Assembly: GCA_977018835.1 (NCBI GenBank)
Contig: OZ361261.1
Span: 744,001-808,000, forward strand
Reading direction: 5' to 3'
DNA length: 64,000 nt
Source of the DNA: Minutocellus sp. GHC0000111
Lineage: Eukaryota
The position numbers and the translations under genes were made by a program. Below are positions 12,850 through 23,290 of the stretch, in pieces. Under the pieces are notes generated by a model that worked only from the letters and a program-made list of their open reading frames with translations, did not search any database and was not told where the DNA came from. Each line of letters opens with the position of its first letter. The stretch's first letter is position 1.

Positions 12850-13555
12850 TGCACGGTCGGGTCACACGCAACTTCATCGTTGCTTTTGAATGAGCGAATT
12901 TCGCGCACCTGAATGAGAAGTACATTTGCCTGATCCTGTGGACTATGTCCGTCCGTCCTGCATGCTGGTCCCGATCCCTTGACTGTTGGTCGAGCTGAGA
13001 CGGGTGCTGCCCCTTTCGATGCCGCGTCAGATCGATGGTGATGCAACACAAGTGGATTGATTGATGATGATGATGATGCCAAACCTTGGATCTATCTTCA
13101 CCAATCATCACCATCATCGTCCGTTATGCTTCTGTAGAAACGGGACGTGGCATGTAGCAACTCGAAAATTTGCCTTGAAGAGCGCCTTGCGTTTACTTTT
13201 CGTCGTCGGCTGCGGTTGTTCTCTGGACCCTGAAGGAGAACGATACCGAGGATAGAAATAGCGTAAAACCACTCCCACCCACCCTTTAGGCCGTCTAGCT
13301 GTCAAGCTGACAGCTATTGGAATGGGTTGGGATGTGGTGCCCAGTGTAGGCATCCACCAACCTTTCCTATTTGTGACTTTACATGAGAATATATCTATGT
13401 GATCGATCGAGATGAAGATTGTGCAAGATGATCAGTTGAAATCCCCGAGTCCCGAAGGCAGCCTCCCGGAAAGGCTTGATCTAAGCGGCTTTAGCCGCTT
13501 TTGATTGATTGATCGAGCGGATCAGAATATTACTGTACTATCGATCGTTTGTATT

Positions 13556-14737
13556 CTAAAACATTACCCTGCGATCGGAGGGTCGACTTCTAAAGACGTC
13601 GAGCATGACGTATGGTAACTCCTCCTTCTGTGTGTCGACACAAGTGCTTGTTGCACTACCTCCCGATGCTGCTGTTGAAGAAGATGATGAGGGCACATCG
13701 TACGGGAGCTTCATTCCACCTTCAATTCCAGCCCCAGCACTTCCACCTGCCACGGCCATTGTAGAGGAAGCCATTGCATCTGCATTGGTAATAGTACTGC
13801 TATCAGTGGCATCGGCTACCGCATTGTTCGAAGAAGCAGGTACGAGAATATCGCATGATTTTTCACCAGACTCGGCAGCAGTCGCCGCAGCGTTGTCCAA
13901 CAACACATCCAAATCGGCGCGAAGGACGCCACGGGGGATCGGTCCGATGAGGGCAGTCTCCACATCACCCTCGGCCGAGATTATGGCCAAATGAGGGATG
14001 GCATCGACGCCGAATCGCTCCACGAGGGGCCAGGCCGATCCCTCGTTGGCATTGACCATGACAAAGTTGACCTTGCCTTCATATTCCTTCTCGATGGCCT
14101 GCAGCGTCGGGGCTGCAAATTTGCAGTTTTCGCACCAGGGAGCCCAAAAGTCCACCACCGTCGGTCGGCCATTGCGGCCGATGACGTCCAACGGAGCCGA
14201 ATGGGATTGCATCTCTGCCAAAACCTGAATGGGTGTGACGGGATGCGTGTACTTCCAACCATAATTCAATAGTGCGGCGAGGAAGGCCAGGACCGCCACC
14301 ACAACATTTATACGCTTCTCGACCTTGACCTTGTTCTCGGCCTCGGTTCGACGTTGCAACCGTTCTGCGCGTTCCTCTGGTGTTTCGGGCGATAGGCCCG
14401 CCTCCCGAAGAATTCTCTCTTGTACGGTCAGACCGTCATCTTCCGTGCTCATTTTGTCGTCGGCGCTGTCCACATCGTCTGAAGAGGCCGCCGAATTCAG
14501 GATATTTCGCACATTGAATGTGTGTGTGCATGCTCGTCTTTGCATTTCACTCGACGGACCAGTGCGGCGATTGGCAGAGGTACGTGGAGAAGCGCAACTG
14601 ACGAACGAAGTTGAAGCAGATGGACGCCCGGTCACAACCGCAGGAAATATGAGGAAAGTGGCTGCCACCACCGCTGTGAAGCCAGCACGTCGCCGCCTCC
14701 TCTCCCTCCCATCATCCCCTGGGTTCGAATAACACAT
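13556..14737 (-). CDS. HCF164: HCF164-like thylakoid thioredoxin
   Basis: VVDFWAPWCENCK active site, FGVDAIPH cis-Pro motif, a TM helix before the Trx domain, and an N-terminal signal/transit-like region. Likely ATG 14737. Confidence 0.75.
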   Translation of the reverse strand: MCYSNPGDDGRERRRRRAGFTAVVAATFLIFPAVVTGRPSASTSFVSCASPRTSANRRTGPSSEMQRRACTHTFNVRNILNSAASSDDVDSADDKMSTEDDGLTVQERILREAGLSPETPEERAERLQRRTEAENKVKVEKRINVVVAVLAFLAALLNYGWKYTHPVTPIQVLAEMQSHSAPLDVIGRNGRPTVVDFWAPWCENCKFAAPTLQAIEKEYEGKVNFVMVNANEGSAWPLVERFGVDAIPHLAIISAEGDVETALIGPIPRGVLRADLDVLLDNAAATAAESGEKSCDILVPASSNNAVADATDSSTITNADAMASSTMAVAGGSAGAGIEGGMKLPYDVPSSSSSTAASGGSATSTCVDTQKEELPYVMLDVFRSRPSDRRVMF

Positions 14738-14964
14738 CTTGCCACGCTTTTGGGAGATCGCGTCCTTGAATCGTCCTTGACCGGTCGACTTCCATCCAGT
14801 ACGAGAGGCGATATGTTTTTTTTGTGTATGTCGTCGCATATGTCGGCGAACTTTTACTGTACTTCGCCCAAGGGACCAAGCTTCGCCGACAGACCAACGT
14901 CAGCGGCCATGGCGCTGTTCTTGAAGTGAGTACCCGCCGACGCTGCCTCCCCACATGTACTAAA

Positions 14965-15912
14965 ATGGCACGCCGAATCGCCGCCGTCCTTGCCTTTGTG
15001 GCAGTAGTGTTTGCTGTGGCCGAGGCGTTGCAATCAGGTGCGCCGCCGACGAGAAATTCTCTTTCCATACGGACAAGCACTGCTATCAATGCCAATCCCC
15101 TCCCCTTGGCAATCACAAGGGTCCAGAAGGATGGTCAAAATGACATGCAGGATGTCTCCAAGATGTGCGTGGAGGTATTTTTCAACGAGGACAATTCCTC
15201 CAGCCTGCCCCGGCAGATGCAGCTGGCATACCTGCGCAACCTCCAATACGGAGATCTGCGCATGAATTTTTTTACCAGCGATGCCGAGAGTGATTTGTTC
15301 ATGGCCCGCCAGGTCATTCCGACCTCCCAAGCACCGTCCGTTCGAGCCAAACCTTTGGACGTTAGAAAAACCAAGATCTACAACACAAAATATTTGGACA
15401 ATTCGAAGGACGATGACTTCGTTTTGGGGGATGTCTTAGGCTTTGTAGAAGTAACCGAGAAGAGATTTCGGCTGGGTGAGCAATATGAATCGACGGGGAC
15501 GTTCATAGAGGGTGACGATGAGCGGTTGCGAGATGTACGGCCTTTCCTATCGAACCTCTCGGTAAGGGAGGATGCACGAAAGAGTGGCGTGGGATCTGCG
15601 CTTGTTGATATGTGCGAAGATGCCATCCAACAATGGCCGAGACAGTACAGTGAAATCGTGCTGCAAGTTGAAGACGAGAATAAGCTGGCGCGAAAATTTT
15701 ACGAAAAGCGGGGCTATACGGCATTGTTTGCCGACCCAGCTTGTAGGCGATTCGATACGAATGGATTGATATTACGGCGAGTCCCAACAACAAAAGTTGC
15801 CATGAGAAAATTGCTTGGAAGTCGAAGAAGGAAACAGTCCTCATCGCCCAGCAACACCCCTTTCTTTATGGATGTCGTTGACAATTTAAAACAGCTTGTT
15901 GGAAGTAAGTAA
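14965..15912 (+). CDS. GNAT-family N-acetyltransferase with signal peptide (possibly plastid-targeted)
   Basis: LSNLSVREDARKSGVGSALV (motif A) and LQVEDENKLARKFYEKRGY (motif B); hydrophobic N-terminus from ATG 14965. Confidence 0.85.
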   Translation: MARRIAAVLAFVAVVFAVAEALQSGAPPTRNSLSIRTSTAINANPLPLAITRVQKDGQNDMQDVSKMCVEVFFNEDNSSSLPRQMQLAYLRNLQYGDLRMNFFTSDAESDLFMARQVIPTSQAPSVRAKPLDVRKTKIYNTKYLDNSKDDDFVLGDVLGFVEVTEKRFRLGEQYESTGTFIEGDDERLRDVRPFLSNLSVREDARKSGVGSALVDMCEDAIQQWPRQYSEIVLQVEDENKLARKFYEKRGYTALFADPACRRFDTNGLILRRVPTTKVAMRKLLGSRRRKQSSSPSNTPFFMDVVDNLKQLVGSK

Positions 15913-15952
15913 CAAGGGTGGTTATGAATTAACTACTAGCTAGCTATGGATC

Positions 15953-17756
15953 TTATTGATCTTCGTCGCGGACTTCTCGATTCCTTTGCGCAAGTGCTTT
16001 TCCTGCCGCCGCCCTTCTCTTGCGAGCCCCTGCTTCGTCAAAGGCTGCTTCGGCAGCAATCTTGTATAGCTCATGAAAGGTTACGGCAGAATAGAGGCTG
16101 TTTCGAACCTCATCAATTGTCTGCTGTGACTTGACCAGTTGTATTCCGTAGTGGACCAGTTCGCACGCCGCTTCGCCGCAAATGTGAACTCCAAGTATGC
16201 GACCAGAAGTCTTACTGTAGACCAGCTTTAGCAGACCATCTGGGGCAAATACGCGGCCTCGCAAACACTCACAATACAACGCGACTGCTTCGCCAATCTC
16301 CTCTCCCAACTCTAGTGATTCAGCCTGTTCCCACGTCACTCCATATGTCGCGACTTCTGGGCTGGTCCAGACGCCTGTGGGGAAGGCAAATGGATTGCTG
16401 GCCAATGATGCCGGGTCAAACGAGCTGCCAGCTTGTGCTGCTCCATCCACCACACAAGCAGCATCGCCATCTTCACACTCTCCAGTAACCGAGGGTGAAT
16501 CAAAAAATATGCTATTAGCCGCTGCCTGTGCCTGGGCACATCCCGTCGATGCAAGGAAAGGGCGCCCAACGACATCTCCGGCCGCATAGACCCCCGGAGC
16601 TGTCGTTTGCATATCGGAACCTACAAGGACTCCTCCATACGCATCCATCTCGATGGAATCTGGCAAATTGAGACTCTGTGTGTTTGGAGCGCGTCCGACT
16701 GCAGCCATATACACATCACATTTGATCTCATCAGCGACGCCCGTGGGTAGCTTGCCCCCACCTTTGGCTTCGAGCTTCAATTTCACTGGTGGCCGAATAC
16801 CATTCTTTTCATCTTCTGCTGTGGGCACGGTAAATTCAGAAACTTGAGCACCCTTGATAATCTTGATGCCAGATCGAATGAGCGCCGCCACGAGCACAGC
16901 GGCCACGTCCTTGTCAAGTCCAATCTTCATCAATGCGTTGCGAGGAACCTGATCTCGAATAATTAAAGTCACGTCTGCCCCAAGGTTGCGCAAGATCTTC
17001 GCATATTCTATCGCTATGATGCCGCTGCCAGTAATAGCGATGCTTTTCGGAAGGAATTTCAATCCATTGATACTATCAGAGTCAAAAATTCGTCTTCCAT
17101 CGAAAGGAATACCCGGGGGATGGAACGGTTTGCTCCCAGTGGCCAATAATATCTTATCCGCCACAATTTCTCGTTCTCGCCCACACTCTTCCTTCACAAC
17201 GAGTGTGTCAGTTTCTCCTGAATCCTCAAACTGAGCTAAACCCTCCATGTACTCGACTCCCACCATATCGAGTTGACGAAACACGTCCTGGGCATTTGAC
17301 GATGCCATATCTACGCATGAGCTCAAGATTTCATTCCAAACCGAGTCTTCGCGCAGCCCCATCCCCCGCAACGTTGACACCTTGATTCGTTTGCCGGTCG
17401 CGCAAGGCCTTGCTAAACAAGCCTGTCGGTCCGCCGATACTCAGGTCCTCTTTGGTGGCTTCATTGTACAATACTCCTGATTCCTTCGGAGCATCAATCA
17501 GGACGACATTCCTATCCTTGTTTTGCTGCTTTGCAACAAGAGCTGCCTGCACCCCAACGATGCCTCCACCGAGGACAGCGAGATCGTATCTGCTTGCGCT
17601 TGGCTCATCCTTTGCAAACAACTGCGAAGACGACGTGAGATGTGATGAGACCACCGCCCGGCGTCGTGACTGAGGGCTCACAAAGGCATTGGCATTAAAT
17701 ACAGAGGAAAGGGTCAAGACGAGGCACAGCGCTCGCGACGGTGAGCAGGACGTCAT
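15953..17756 (-). CDS. sthA: Soluble pyridine nucleotide transhydrogenase-like flavoprotein (disulfide oxidoreductase fold), putatively plastid-targeted; apparent 2-nt deletion near 17398
   Basis: Signal peptide ending ANA-FVSP. GGGIVG FAD motif, FSKALRD, ILLATGS, IFDSDSI, GSGIIAIEYA, YAAGDVVG and a C-terminal dimerisation domain. Restoring AC (GAC ACC GGC) joins ORF 17331..17870 to ORF 15953..17380. Confidence 0.7.
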
Positions 17757-17905
17757 GGTTCGGTGGGCTGGTCTGACGAATGACGCAACCCTGCAAACCT
17801 GCAAGCCACTCCCAGATGGCGAAATCGGTCTGGCCGACGAACTGGCATCCGTGTCAGGCAAGCAAGTCAAATCTGCATATAGAGTAACTCATCCTTACCT
17901 TGGCC

Positions 17906-19423
17906 ATGGCGCCCAACGGAGCCAGCTACAAAGCGGTTCCCGCCGAGCACCTGGAAGTCGACATCAACGATATAGATGACGGCAATTCATCCCCAAGATG
18001 CTGCTTTCCCCTGCGTTGGCAAATTTGTACTTCTGCCTTCGTCCTGGGCTTGATTGTCTTGCTGGCTACTACAAACGTTTCACCAACGAAGACACGCCAA
18101 TATCTCGATGACATGGAAATCTCAACTTGTCCCCAGATGATTTGGAGTGATGAATTTGACAAAGTGGAATTGGATGCATCGAAATGGGCATGCATATTAG
18201 GCGATGGATGCGATGTTGGACTATGTGGCTGGGGAAACAACGAGCTGGAGGTTTACACCAAGGACTCCAAGAATATCAGAATCGACGATGGAAAGTTGGT
18301 GATTGAAGCTCACATTGCCAACTCTACAGAGAATAGTGACATTGAAAAATCTCCATCCACAAGAAAATACACATCGGCCAAGATAGCATCCCAAAGATTG
18401 GCAGAATTTGCGACTGTTGGCAGAAGATTCGAAGCCAGCATAAAGTTGCCACAGGGAAAGGGAATCTGGCCGGCCTTCTGGATGCTTCCTTCCAAGGATC
18501 GATTTGGAGGATGGCCCAAATCGGGAGAGATTGATATCATGGAGAACATCGGCAAGGAGGGATCGAATACTATTCACGGAACTCTTCACTATGGGCGTGA
18601 CTGGCCCAATGATCAGTACGCAGAGGAGGGAATACGTCTCGACGAAAATGTCTTTGGCAACTTTTCAGAGACTTTTCATGTCTTCTCTGCAGAAGTGGAA
18701 GAGAGTGAGATTCGCTTCTATATCGACAACATTCTATTCAGTACAAAAACACAGAAGGACCTATTTCCTTACAATTGGCCGTTTCGAGAACAATTTTATT
18801 TCATAATCAATTTGGCTGTTGGGGGTAATTGGCCTGGATTTCCAGACGATTCTACAGTATTTCCGCAGCAACTCGTCGTGGACTACGTTCGCGTATATGA
18901 AGGCCAATTTTGGGGCATCGAGGGGCCACAGCTCGTCGACAGCTTCGAGAAAGATGTGAATTACACCATTTTTGTAGATGATACAGACATCGAAGAAGAA
19001 AGCTTCTATTATACTTGGTCGCTTCCTGATGGTGCTACGATAGTGAATGGTCAGGGAAGCAACACAGTACAAATTTCATTTGGCGAAAAAGAAGGCATAA
19101 TTTCTTTGCAACGAAAGCCAGCAGTCGACAGATATGTAGAAGAAGACGGTGATTGTATTCGGCCAATAAGCGCAGGAATACGAGTCAGAGTGTTCTCAAC
19201 AGACGACAAACACAACAAAAAGTTCGACTTTGATTGTGGTTGCCCAGATGACTGTACTCCTTATATACTAAATCGCGTCGCGGGCGTGGATTACACATGC
19301 GGAGAGAGAATAGCATGGTTGATTCGTCAGGGTGATGAAGAGGCCCAAGCCTGCAAGAAAATAAGCGTTGATGAATACAACGGGCATTGTGGATCTTGCA
19401 ATCCAGATCGGTGTAGATACTAG
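17906..19423 (+). CDS. GH16 beta-1,3-glucanase (laminarinase-like) with N-terminal TM anchor, PKD-like and Cys-rich C-terminal modules
   Basis: WSDEF, GWGNNELE, GIWPAFWML, catalytic EIDIME, FIINLAVGGNWPG, VDYVRVY. Confidence 0.9.
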   Translation: MAPNGASYKAVPAEHLEVDINDIDDGNSSPRCCFPLRWQICTSAFVLGLIVLLATTNVSPTKTRQYLDDMEISTCPQMIWSDEFDKVELDASKWACILGDGCDVGLCGWGNNELEVYTKDSKNIRIDDGKLVIEAHIANSTENSDIEKSPSTRKYTSAKIASQRLAEFATVGRRFEASIKLPQGKGIWPAFWMLPSKDRFGGWPKSGEIDIMENIGKEGSNTIHGTLHYGRDWPNDQYAEEGIRLDENVFGNFSETFHVFSAEVEESEIRFYIDNILFSTKTQKDLFPYNWPFREQFYFIINLAVGGNWPGFPDDSTVFPQQLVVDYVRVYEGQFWGIEGPQLVDSFEKDVNYTIFVDDTDIEEESFYYTWSLPDGATIVNGQGSNTVQISFGEKEGIISLQRKPAVDRYVEEDGDCIRPISAGIRVRVFSTDDKHNKKFDFDCGCPDDCTPYILNRVAGVDYTCGERIAWLIRQGDEEAQACKKISVDEYNGHCGSCNPDRCRY

Positions 19424-19469
19424 CTACGTAAATGACCTGCTCTAGCTACGTAGTATTTACATCCCTTTC

Positions 19470-19670
19470 TCATTTTTTAGAAAATAGCCCTAACAGAAAC
19501 TTTCCCATGTCTTCCTGCGGCGTTCCCTCAATTTGAGCAGTCACCGTCCCATATTTTTCTTGAAGCATTGACGGAACATGCTGTCTTGGTCGGTAGAAGA
19601 GAGGCGTGCTCAATCGATTGCTTCCTTTTGATGCGATGACTCTGTGAATGGTAGCTGGAATTCTACCCAT
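19470..19670 (-). pseudogene. 3' fragment of a 2OG-Fe(II) dioxygenase (IPNS-like family)
   Basis: GRIPATIHRV...RLSTPLFYRP matches the distal His and R-x-S 2-oxoglutarate-binding motif. The HxD-containing 5' part is absent; upstream lies PUS7 antisense sequence. Confidence 0.6.
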
Positions 19671-21345
19671 CGACAAGAAGAAGTGGCCAGCGGATCGACC
19701 AAACTTTCTTCGATTCGTTCTGTACAAAGAGAACATCGATACAGGAACGGCTGTCAAGGAGATATCTCGAATGCTTGGCTCGGGTGGTGGCGGCCGTGGA
19801 GGAGGAAGAGGTGGCAGGGGCGGTAGAGGTGGTCGGGGAGGAAGGAACGACTCAGCCACTGTCAATTATGGTGGCATGAAGGACAAGCGAGGCGTTACCG
19901 CTCAGTACTGCACCATCTATAGAAGAAATCCCGATGATTTGCTTCGCTTGAACACGTTCTCATCGTCGCGTGGAGCTGGGTGTGGTGGTGGATCAACTGG
20001 TGGTGCTGCTCTGATGAAGGTGGGACATTTTTCTTATGTGAATGATTCTATGGGTCTGGGATCGTTGGGCGGCAATAGGTTTGACCTTGTCCTGAGAAAT
20101 GCATGGTTGGACAACGATGACGACCAAGGCAATGAAGATCGCATTGCAAAGACAAAGTCCGTTTTGGAAAGTGCCGCCCATGCTTTTCAGACGCATGGAT
20201 TTATTAACTACTTTGGTATGGAACGCTTTGGCAGGTACTACGACACACACATGGCAGGCCTAGAGGTAATCAAGGGCAATTATGAGGAGGCGATTACCAT
20301 TATCATGCGGCCTAAGAGCGACGAGAACAATCGTTTCACTGATGCTCGCCGGCGATGGGAGAATCGTTTCGAAGGAGTTGATATGTCAGACGAAGATGCA
20401 GTGCGTGAGGCAGAAAAGAAGGCCGCACAGTCTGTCTTGCGCGATTTGGGCAGATTTATGAACTGCGAAGTATCTCTCATGCACGCTCTTTCACGAAGAC
20501 CTCGAGATTACAAGCGCGCGTTTCAGTCTATCGCCAAGAACATGCGCTCAATGTTTGTACACGCCTTCCAGAGCTACTTGTTCAACCGAGCGGCATCACA
20601 CCGCGTTGAAGCGGGGGGAAAGAAGGAGGTTATGATAGGAGACCTCGTCTTGACCGAGGATAAGTCACTTGCTGAGGGTGGTAGCGGTACGAGTGGGCTA
20701 AAGGGCAAGGCTGTTAAAGTGCTCACTGAGGAGGACATTGAGAGTGGAAAATACAACTTTGGCGATGTCGTTCTTCCTCTTGCGGGAACGAAGATTCAAT
20801 ATCCCGAGAATAGCACCGGCGCATACTACGATGAAGTGCTAGGTGAATTCGGCGTCACGAAGGAGGACCTCAAGAGGCTATCCGATCGAGACATATCTCT
20901 ACCCGGAGACTACCGCCGCCTCCTTTGCATCCCTTCTGATACTACGTTTGAAGTCAAGGTCTACGAAGATCCCCTCCAGCCCCTACTCGAGACAGACTTG
21001 ATGAAAATAAGTGCCAAAACAATGGATGAAAAGGCTTCAAGCGAAGCGGGTGGCGCCAAGGGAGATGAGAATGAAGAAAATGCCGCTACCAGCGAGAAGT
21101 CCAGCCCAGAGAAGAAGGAGGAAAACCAACTCATTGGTATGGTTGTCGGCTTTACTCTGCCACCCTCCTCTTACGCCACAATTGCTCTACGCGAGCTTAT
21201 GAAGAAACCCACGTCCGCAGATTACCAACGGCAACTTCAATCGAGCGGAAAATGCGAAAGTACCTTGAACAACGGCGACGATGATGAGAGCGGCACAAAA
21301 CCATCAGAAAAGAAGGACGATCCATCGGGTGGAAACGCTAGCTAG
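19668..21345 (+). pseudogene. PUS7: TruD/PUS7 pseudouridine synthase lacking its N-terminal portion
   Basis: FVLYKENIDT, catalytic GMKDKRGVTAQ, LGGNRFDLVLR, GFINYFG, HAFQSYLFN, GDYRRL, FTLPPSSYATIALRE. No N-terminal K-x-R-Y-S-D-F-like segment and no room for it upstream. Confidence 0.75.
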
Positions 21346-21528
21346 TAGCATCTGAAAGAGATAGATAAATAAATCTATATTTACTTGTCCTTATGTGCTC
21401 CTCCTTTATTGTTTGAGTATCTCGCATCTCAACATCCACGTACATACATAAAAACTATGTTCAGAACTTTATGCATCTTGCTTTGATTGAACCCAATTCT
21501 TGACACACATACACGACGATATCAATTA

Positions 21529-22887
21529 TTAGCTAGCTCCAGTCGGTGGTGCAGGTGGGGGAGGACCTGCTGCAGCAGCTGCAGCTGCCGCGGCTGCTTG
21601 TTGCTGCGCCTGTGCCCTCGCGGCAAATCGTGCCGATCGCGAGGAGGGTTTGAGAATTTGGAACGAGCACATGAGCTCATCATCGACCGAAATCATGCCA
21701 CCGGCATTGTCGAACTCTCCGCAGTAGTTGGGGGCCGAGAACAAAGTTACGAGTCTCCTACCAGCAAAGAACTGTGACATGATTTCGAATAGATGCAAGG
21801 GAAGGGAAGAGATTCAGTTGGCGAATGAAATAAATCGCAGAGGGTGAATTTGGCTAGCTCGAGTCGCATGTAACAAAAGGGAACAACTTACCTCATATCC
21901 ATCCTCTACAACCTGATGAGCACGAACGATGAGGTCCAAATCATGCCGTTCCAAAAAAGCCGCCACGACGTCGGCGCCAAACACAGAGGAAACACCCCGA
22001 TCGTTCTCCGCCCACCCATTAACGCTGGTGTCGGGATCACTCCACAAAAGGTCGCACATGAGACCGACGTCGGGGACGTCACATGGACGTTGGAGGTTGG
22101 CAATCTGACTGAGAGCCTCCATTTCTGGACTGAGTCCACCGTGCATGCACAGAATCTTCTCATCGACGAGGGCCGATACCGGCAGGCAGTTGAAGACGTC
22201 GGAGAACACCTTCCACAGCTTGATGGAGTACCGTCGCTTGCATTCGTCATAGAAGCCATAGATACGATTGATACCGGCACTCTCGTGATTGCCACGGAGG
22301 ATGAAGAAATTTTCGGGATACATGATTTTGTACGACAGCAGGAGGCAGATGGTTTCCAAACTCTGCTTGCCCCGGTCGACGTAGTCCCCCAGAAAGAGGT
22401 AGTTGGACTCCGGCGGGAAGCCGCCGTACTCAAACAACCGGAGGAGGTCGGTGTACTGCCCATGGACGTCGCCACAGATTTTGATGGGGGCCTCCAGCTC
22501 CAGCAGCATGGGCTGACTGAGGAGGACGGGACGGGCCCGTTCGCACAGGTTGCGGATCTCGGCCTCGGTTATGGTGGCGAGGGTGCCCGGCGGCGACCCT
22601 CGCAGGCTCAGGAGCCGCTGGGTTATGGATTGGATCGGGGCCATGTCCGTGCTGAGTGTTATGGGGTTAGGCGGGGCCGTGCTGTGCACCAGCTGCGCTG
22701 GCAGTGCGGATGGAGCCTGCGGTGGACCACTGGGTGCTGCTGCCACCGCTGCTGCGGAACTTCCATTGGCCGCAGGGGCTGCTGGGGTTGCAGGACGAGT
22801 AGCCGGGTTGTCATCGGGCGTCGGCTCGCTGTCCATCGGCATGGGCCCATTTTCAGAGGCAGCTACTGGCTGTTGATGATCCGACAT
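21529..22887 (-). CDS. PP1: Serine/threonine protein phosphatase 1 catalytic subunit; 2 exons
   Basis: Exons 22887-21892 and 21771-21529, phase-0 120-nt intron (GTAAG...ACAG). [51 protein letters not shown]. Confidence 0.95.
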
Positions 22888-23290
22888 GCTATCTTCCCAA
22901 CAGGCAGACGAATTATCCAAAAAGTAAGAGAGACCGGGACTTATCGAAAGTACCGGCAGCTAGTATGCTTCGCCCCTCAACGAGTACGAGACAATAAACG
23001 GGCACTTTCTTGGCTGTCGCGTCAACCCCTGCCCTCCCACTTACTTATGTGCTCGTTTTTCAAGCTCAGAAGCGAAATGAAAGGATACTTCAATACGGGC
23101 GGGCCAGCAAGCTCAGGTTGGGCAATCTTCCGTGATCGCAGTACGTGGGCAGAGTGCAAAGCTTTGCTTGCAGCACGCAGAGATCGCACGCTAACAGGCT
23201 GATGCGGTCGAGCGTCACAAAGAAAGCGAGATTTCCGGCAACAGTAATAATAACGGCATTTCGCGACGGCATTGCTTTGGGTAGCCTACC

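Noticed and set aside
21916..23202. 428-aa plus-strand ORF
   Set aside because: Antisense to PP1.
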